A stretch of 64,000 nucleotides of DNA, taken from positions 5,354 through 69,353 of the IMG/VR virus record IMGVR_UViG_3300006139_000013. One strand, written 5' to 3'. Below, in pieces: positions 58,598 to 64,000 of the stretch. How positions within the stretch are numbered: position 1 is the stretch's first letter; every line of letters starts with the position of its first letter. Both the position numbers and the translations under genes were made by a program. Source of the DNA: a virus. Taxonomy: Duplodnaviria > Caudoviricetes. The notes under the pieces are model-generated. The model did no database searches. It was given only the letters and a program-made list of their open reading frames with translations, and was not told the DNA's origin.

Positions 58598-59470
58598 ATG
58601 GGACTAAAAGTATTATCAATCTGTGGCGGGTTAGAAACTGGTTTACTCGCTTTAAAGGAGTTAGGGATACCAGTTGATGAATACCATACATATGAAATTT
58701 ATGCTCCAGCAATCGAGTTAAGCAAGCGGCATTTCCCGGAAGTACAGCATCATGGAGATGTAATAGGTGCAGACTTCTCGCAGTTCAAAGGTTTTGATCT
58801 GGTAATTGCGGGAACGTGTTGCCAGAGCCTATCAAAACTTCGGCAAGAGAATAAAGATGTTTGTTCTGGCCTTAAAGGTAAGTCTGGTATCTTCTTTGAG
58901 TATGCCAGAGCAGTTCAGGAAATAAAGCCCAAATGGTATATGCTTGAAAATGTTGTGCCTAAGAACAAGGCCGATCAAGATACCATTACGGCAACCTTGG
59001 GGGGGGCAGACCCTATACTTATCGACAGTGCTTTATTTTCAGCACAAGAGAGAAAACGTCTGTATTGGAGCAATATTCCTATTGCTGCCTTACCTGAATC
59101 TAATTCGCTTGTTCTTCATGATATTATGATAGATGATGCACCAGAAAAGGATTATTACAATAAACCATATATCTTTAATGGTAAAGACAAACGTGTGATT
59201 GCAACTATTCAAGATAATTGGTTAGACATAATGAAGCGTGTGTATAATCCAGATTTCAAATGTGCTACTTTAACTTGTGTTAGTGGCGGTCATCAAGAAA
59301 AGAAAGTTTGGGATCGAGGCCGTATCCGAAAACTTTCTCCTGTTGAATATGAGCGATTACAAACGCTGCCAGATGGATTTACTGAAGGATATTCTGACAA
59401 TGTTCGTAGAACGCTTTGTGGTAACGGCTGGACGAAAGAGGTTATAAAGCATATTTTTAAAGGCTTATAA
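58598..59470 (+). CDS. C5-cytosine DNA methyltransferase
   Basis: LSICGG; GTCCQ; ENV; QERKR; GNGW; in-frame G8 at 58999-59006. Confidence 0.9.
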   Translation: MGLKVLSICGGLETGLLALKELGIPVDEYHTYEIYAPAIELSKRHFPEVQHHGDVIGADFSQFKGFDLVIAGTCCQSLSKLRQENKDVCSGLKGKSGIFFEYARAVQEIKPKWYMLENVVPKNKADQDTITATLGGADPILIDSALFSAQERKRLYWSNIPIAALPESNSLVLHDIMIDDAPEKDYYNKPYIFNGKDKRVIATIQDNWLDIMKRVYNPDFKCATLTCVSGGHQEKKVWDRGRIRKLSPVEYERLQTLPDGFTEGYSDNVRRTLCGNGWTKEVIKHIFKGL

Positions 59471-59504
59471 CGATATATTCAATAACAAAGAAAGAAGGTA
59501 ATGT

Positions 59505-59810
59505 ATGGCAAAGGTTTTAGAGTTAGAAAGTGGTGTCGATCCTATTCCTACCGAAGCAGAGCAAGACAAGATGACAGATACAGAAAAGGTAATCCAAAGT
59601 TTGATGCGTAAGTCCTATACGCTGGGTGTCCAGTCTGGTATTCGTACTATGTGTGTTACTGTGCTATCACAGTTGAACCAGACAAAGAAAATGAATCCTC
59701 AGAAACAGTTGAATCTTTTGAAGCAGATGTGTATGAGGAATATTGAAAACCAGAATAAGGCTGCGCAAAACACAGAGAATCCTACAACTGAAACTACTAC
59801 AAATAACTAA
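59505..59810 (+). CDS. hypothetical protein
   Basis: AAGG RBS. Confidence 0.65.
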   Translation: MAKVLELESGVDPIPTEAEQDKMTDTEKVIQSLMRKSYTLGVQSGIRTMCVTVLSQLNQTKKMNPQKQLNLLKQMCMRNIENQNKAAQNTENPTTETTTNN

Positions 59811-59827
59811 AAAGGAGAATGAAAATA

Positions 59828-60078
59828 ATGTTTAGTCGTGATATTTTGACCGTCAAAGAGGCTCAGTTGAACGCCCTTGTCGCGGAATCGGGGGGGCAGT
59901 ATCTTTAATTACAAGTACGATTGATCGTTTGGAGGCTATCAATAGCAAGATTACTGATACACGTCAGGAGATTGCTACTTATCAGTCTGAGTTGAATCGA
60001 ATTGATGGTTCAATGGAGCAGCAGTTTGGTCATAACGCAAAGATCATTGGCAAATTTAAGAGTTTTCTGGAGGACTAA
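59828..60078 (+). CDS. coiled-coil small protein, frameshifted at G7
   Basis: Frame continues to TAA 60078 if G7 (59890-59896) is G8 or G5. Confidence 0.6.
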
Positions 60079-60647
60079 TGAAAGAATGTTTTGAAAATGA
60101 AATTAGCTGGATTCATTCAAAAAGTATTCAGCAGTTTGCAAGGTACTGTGTAGATAATCTTCCCGATTATTTCTTTACGGTTCCTGCTTCATCCAGCGGC
60201 AAGTATCATCCGTCCTATGCTCTTGGTGATGGTGGCCTTGTACGCCATACTAAAGCAGCGGTGGCAGTTGCGCATGAATTGTTTAACCTTGAAATGTTCC
60301 AGAAGCAGTTTTCAGAGACAGAGCAGGATTTAATTCTGTTGAGTCTGATCCTGCATGATGGAAAGAAACAGGGTGGCGGCAATGACAAGCATACTGTATT
60401 TGAACATCCTTTGTATGCTGCTGACTTTGTAAAGGAATGTAATTTTGAATGTTCTAAGCTAACTGATGAGCAAGAGCAGATTGTACGTAATGCTATTTCT
60501 TCACATATGGGTCAATGGAATACAGCACGAAATTCCAGAACTGTATTACCTAAACCCGCAGATAAGATTCAAAAGTTTGTACATATGTGTGATTATCTTG
60601 CGTCACGTAAATTCTTAGAAGTCAATTTTGATGCAATAAGTTATTAA
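60078..60647 (+). CDS. HD-domain hydrolase
   Basis: VRHT...LHDGKK...HMG...MCDYLAS. Confidence 0.85.
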   Translation: MKECFENEISWIHSKSIQQFARYCVDNLPDYFFTVPASSSGKYHPSYALGDGGLVRHTKAAVAVAHELFNLEMFQKQFSETEQDLILLSLILHDGKKQGGGNDKHTVFEHPLYAADFVKECNFECSKLTDEQEQIVRNAISSHMGQWNTARNSRTVLPKPADKIQKFVHMCDYLASRKFLEVNFDAISY

Positions 60648-60662
60648 AAAGGAGAGATGTAG

Positions 60663-61811
60663 ATGAGTTATCAGGCAAGATTTAATTTTGTTGGCACACC
60701 TGTTATTCCCAAGCAGAAGGCAGATACTAAGCGTCCTTTCTGCAAGGAGATGACTAAGAAGGATGATAAGGGCAAGAAGCGTGAAATGCTGTCTATGACG
60801 TTCGGTGTCAAGGAAAGCGATTCTAACATGGCTTTCGTGGAGGCTTTTGACAGTAAGCAGGACGTTATTAAGACAATGAATACCGATAACGAGAAGCTGG
60901 ATGTTAATTGGGATGATCGCTTTGATGAAGATATTGTTTCTCAGGTTGCCAGTTATCGAAAGTATATTGTTGATCTTGGTGAGGATCATGGTGGGCGACA
61001 GGAATTTATTACCGTCTATGACATGATTAAGCACTTGCAGGAGCATCTTCCCAATTATGAGGGGCGTGTGGTTGTTACAGGCCAGTTTACCCGTGATTGG
61101 TATGCAAAGAAGAAGATGTATTTCAGTAAGTTCCGTATCCAGAATGTCTTTGCTGCCCCGGAAGAGCGCAAGAGTCGGTTGATGATTACTGCCGATCTGT
61201 TCTATAACAAGGATAGCTTTGACGATTCTGATTTTGATGAGAATAAGAAGATTACGCTGGATTGTTATATTGAGCAGTATATCAACAAGGATGAGGGACG
61301 CAAGTATGTTCCCATTCAGGTTGTGTTCTCTGGTGCAAAGTATGACATGGAGAATGAGCGTCATAAGAAGCTGCTTAACTATAAGCTGAAGTATATCAAG
61401 GTTAAGGGCAAGGCTATGGTTCATATTCCGTGGGAAATGGTTCTGCTGCGTGGTGCTGAAGAGGCAGACTTTGATGAGTCTATGTTGACCGATGCACAGA
61501 AGGAACAGATTGAACTTGGCATTAAGACACTGGATGATTTCAAGCCCAAGGGCAATATCTATGGAGATCGTATTGACGAGTTCCGTTTGTTTGATCCGAA
61601 GCTGGAGGGTGATTTCGCTGACGGCTTGCTTGAGGCCGAGGACAAGAGCGATGAGTTTGAGGAAAGAATTTATCAGCCGCCGCAGGATGAAACACTGGAC
61701 GAGGCCAAAAACAGTTCAAAGAATGGAAAGAAGTCTAATAAGGACGATGAGCCGCCGTTCGATGAGGACGAAAAGAAGGATGACGGCGTTGATGAAGATG
61801 ACTTGTTTTAA
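60663..61811 (+). CDS. probable ssDNA-binding protein with acidic tail
   Basis: Very acidic C-terminus ending DDLF; position in replication module. Confidence 0.55.
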   Translation: MSYQARFNFVGTPVIPKQKADTKRPFCKEMTKKDDKGKKREMLSMTFGVKESDSNMAFVEAFDSKQDVIKTMNTDNEKLDVNWDDRFDEDIVSQVASYRKYIVDLGEDHGGRQEFITVYDMIKHLQEHLPNYEGRVVVTGQFTRDWYAKKKMYFSKFRIQNVFAAPEERKSRLMITADLFYNKDSFDDSDFDENKKITLDCYIEQYINKDEGRKYVPIQVVFSGAKYDMENERHKKLLNYKLKYIKVKGKAMVHIPWEMVLLRGAEEADFDESMLTDAQKEQIELGIKTLDDFKPKGNIYGDRIDEFRLFDPKLEGDFADGLLEAEDKSDEFEERIYQPPQDETLDEAKNSSKNGKKSNKDDEPPFDEDEKKDDGVDEDDLF

Positions 61812-61830
61812 TTGAAAGGAGTGATGTGTA

Positions 61831-62970
61831 ATGGCAAGAAAGTTTGGTAAGAAGCGTGAGATTTGCATTGATCCTCTGGCATATAACATTGGTCTGATTG
61901 GCGAAAGCGGTATCGGCAAGTCCACTGTTATCAAGGAAGTTTGTGAGAAGCTGGCTGGCGATGAGGGCTATATTGCTCTCGACATTGGCAAGGAAGATGG
62001 TCATGATGCTATCAATGGTATTGTGTCTGAAAAGATTCCTGATTGGTCTGCGTTTAAGGAGTTCTGTGATGATGTAATCGAAAACAAGCTGACTGATTAT
62101 AAGGAACTGCGTGTTATTGTTCTTGATACATTTGATCAGTTGCTTGAGATTGCAGAGCCAGAGGTTATTCGGATGCACAATCGGGCAAATCCTGATAAGC
62201 CTAAGATTAGTTCTATTAAGGCTGCATTTGGCGGGTTCATGGCTGGTGAAGATAAGGCCATTCAGATTGTTCTTGATAAGCTGTGGGAACTGAAAAGTGT
62301 CGGCGTTTCCTTTATTGCTATTGGACATACAAAGAAGAAGGATGTAGATGATCCTATTACTGGCGAGTCTTATTCCATTCTGACTACCAATATGAGTCAG
62401 CGGTATTTCAATGCGCTCAAGACTAAGCTACATTTCCTTGGAGTTGCGTACATTGATCGTGAGATTGTTAAGCAGAAAACAGGCAAGAAGAATGTGGTTA
62501 CTAAGCAGGAGGAAGTTAAGGGCAAAGTCATGAGCGAGTCCCGCCGTATTTCCTTCCGTGATGATAACTATAGTGTCGATTCTAAGTCTCGTTTTGCTGA
62601 CATTGTGGATCAGATTCCTCTTGATTCTGATGCTCTTATTAAGGCTTTGACGGATGCTATTCTTGCCGAGCATAGCAAGGGTGACAAGACCGTTGAACAG
62701 TCTAAGAAGGAACTGGAGGCCGCTCGTAAGGCAAAGGAGGCCGAGGTTGCTGAAAAGCTGGAGCAGGATGCAAAGAACAAGATTGACGAGGAACGCAATG
62801 CAGAACTTATGAGTGTGATCCAGAATAAGTTCTCTGATGCTGCCGCTGCCACTAAGAAAAAGGTAAAGGCAATTATGGCTGAGAATAACATTCCGAATTT
62901 CAAGAATTCTGATGATATTCCTACTGCCATTCTGGAGAGCATTGTTGAGGTTCTGAATCAGGCAGAGTAA
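61831..62970 (+). CDS. AAA_24/Sak4-like ATPase (SPbeta YorG-like)
   Basis: GESGIGKS; VLDTFD; IGH. Confidence 0.8.
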   Translation: MARKFGKKREICIDPLAYNIGLIGESGIGKSTVIKEVCEKLAGDEGYIALDIGKEDGHDAINGIVSEKIPDWSAFKEFCDDVIENKLTDYKELRVIVLDTFDQLLEIAEPEVIRMHNRANPDKPKISSIKAAFGGFMAGEDKAIQIVLDKLWELKSVGVSFIAIGHTKKKDVDDPITGESYSILTTNMSQRYFNALKTKLHFLGVAYIDREIVKQKTGKKNVVTKQEEVKGKVMSESRRISFRDDNYSVDSKSRFADIVDQIPLDSDALIKALTDAILAEHSKGDKTVEQSKKELEAARKAKEAEVAEKLEQDAKNKIDEERNAELMSVIQNKFSDAAAATKKKVKAIMAENNIPNFKNSDDIPTAILESIVEVLNQAE

Positions 62971-62982
62971 TAGGAGGTACTT

Positions 62983-63489
62983 ATGGCGAGGCCATGCAAA
63001 TGTGCTATCACAGGTGAAAAAGGAACTACTGATACATTTGTAAAGATCAATGGAAAGTATTATAAAAGCCAAGAAATTTATGATGCTGACCAAAAGAGCA
63101 AGGCCAAGCGCAAAGAACTGATTGACTATGTTTGTCGGGAGTTTTTAAGGTATGGAAATAGGCAACCATTTCCTACCTCCCTCCCCAAAAAGTTAAATGA
63201 ACTATCATTTTATGATGATGATGTGATTTTAGAAACTTTCAAACGATGTGCCTCTGATATTCATTATCAGATAGAACATAAGCAGTTCTCCGCTGAATAC
63301 AACAAAATAGCATATATGTTTGCGATTATCAAAAGTTCTATTGCAGATGTAAATGCAGAGTTCCAACGCAAAAAGAAACAAGAGAATATAACAAAATCAA
63401 CTGAAATTGAATGTGGCGATTTATCCAGCATTGGGACAAAAACCCGTGGAAAGGATATTAGTAGCTTTCTCAACGATGATGAGTTTTAA
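62983..63489 (+). CDS. replication-module protein (YorH-like position)
   Basis: CKC...; between ATPase and helicase-like gene. Confidence 0.55.
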   Translation: MARPCKCAITGEKGTTDTFVKINGKYYKSQEIYDADQKSKAKRKELIDYVCREFLRYGNRQPFPTSLPKKLNELSFYDDDVILETFKRCASDIHYQIEHKQFSAEYNKIAYMFAIIKSSIADVNAEFQRKKKQENITKSTEIECGDLSSIGTKTRGKDISSFLNDDEF

Positions 63490-63503
63490 GGAGGGTGATT
63501 GGC

Positions 63504-64000
63504 ATAGATTTAAAAAAGTATCCTGAAGAACTGATTAAAGGTCGAGATAGCGCAGAAGCTACATTCGTTTTCTGTTTATGGAAACAACCTGATTTGTATG
63601 ACGATTTTCAGCGTGTTAATGCAAATGAAGATCAGACATTGAAAACAGATGATGGTGTTTTCTACTTTTCGCTTGGTCGCCAGATGTTTAATCAAGGCTT
63701 TAAGTCTTTTGATAATGTTACTATTTATACTTTTCTGGAGGGCAAACCGACAGTCAAAAAGCATTTTGATGAACTTGGTGGCTATGCAACAGTAAGTGAA
63801 CTTTGTTCCTTGGTAAATCCAGAAAATGTTGATGCTTATTATGACAAGGTTGCAAAGATGAATACTTTGATGACTTTGTATGATAAGGGGTTTCCTGTAT
63901 TAGACAATATTGATCGGTTCTCCAAAATGACAAATCAAGAGGTGTATGATTATTTTGATTACATTTTAAATAGTGTAAGCATTAAAAACACACACGATAT
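63504..64000 (+). CDS. probable replicative helicase N-terminus (partial)
   Basis: Open to window end from ATA (or GTG 63495) after GGAGG; synteny with SPbeta-like modules. Confidence 0.55.
   Translation, partial: MDLKKYPEELIKGRDSAEATFVFCLWKQPDLYDDFQRVNANEDQTLKTDDGVFYFSLGRQMFNQGFKSFDNVTIYTFLEGKPTVKKHFDELGGYATVSELCSLVNPENVDAYYDKVAKMNTLMTLYDKGFPVLDNIDRFSKMTNQEVYDYFDYILNSVSIKNTHD

Larger units (their letters stand above)
4284..59484. repeat. dispersed 19-bp motif AATAAC-N7-TCAATA (22 copies located)
   Basis: Intergenic copies listed in findings. Confidence 0.9.

Noticed and set aside
1-64000. Reverse transcriptase, retron, AimR/AimP arbitrium, full Dnd/Ssp operon, att sites or host boundary
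   Set aside because: No YxDD RT, TPR receptor, DndD/SspC ATPase or host housekeeping block recognised in this window.

Overview
The whole window reads as part of a large SPbeta-like temperate phage or prophage of a low-GC Firmicute, probably Clostridia (inference). No host housekeeping boundary and no virion structural genes are visible. The left arm (1-19 kb, minus strand) has a tRNA cluster, HU, a metallophosphoesterase, PhoH, ClpP, a YonO-like single-subunit RNA polymerase, a macrodomain protein, an HNH endonuclease, IscS, a PcrA-like helicase and a tyrosine recombinase. A structured non-coding strand switch lies at about 19-20 kb. The right arm (plus strand) has many small early genes with a 1180-bp tandem duplication, two DUF262 proteins, tRNA/RNA repair enzymes (CCA, Thg1, PNKP-ligase), OGG1, NMNAT, an ImmR/ImmA-like module, an orphan MazF next to an MrpR-like repressor, a DNA-modification cluster with poly-G frameshifts, and the start of the replication module. 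Best leads: (1) a pseudo-tRNA, coiled-coil protein and 365-nt structured RNA with a heptamer array at 49.9-51.05 kb; (2) poly-G tracts in modification genes suggesting phase variation; (3) more than 20 copies of an AATAAC-N7-TCAATA operator-like motif; (4) mazF beside mrpR; (5) an orphan DGR-like target gene. All family assignments are from motif recognition by eye, not database searches.
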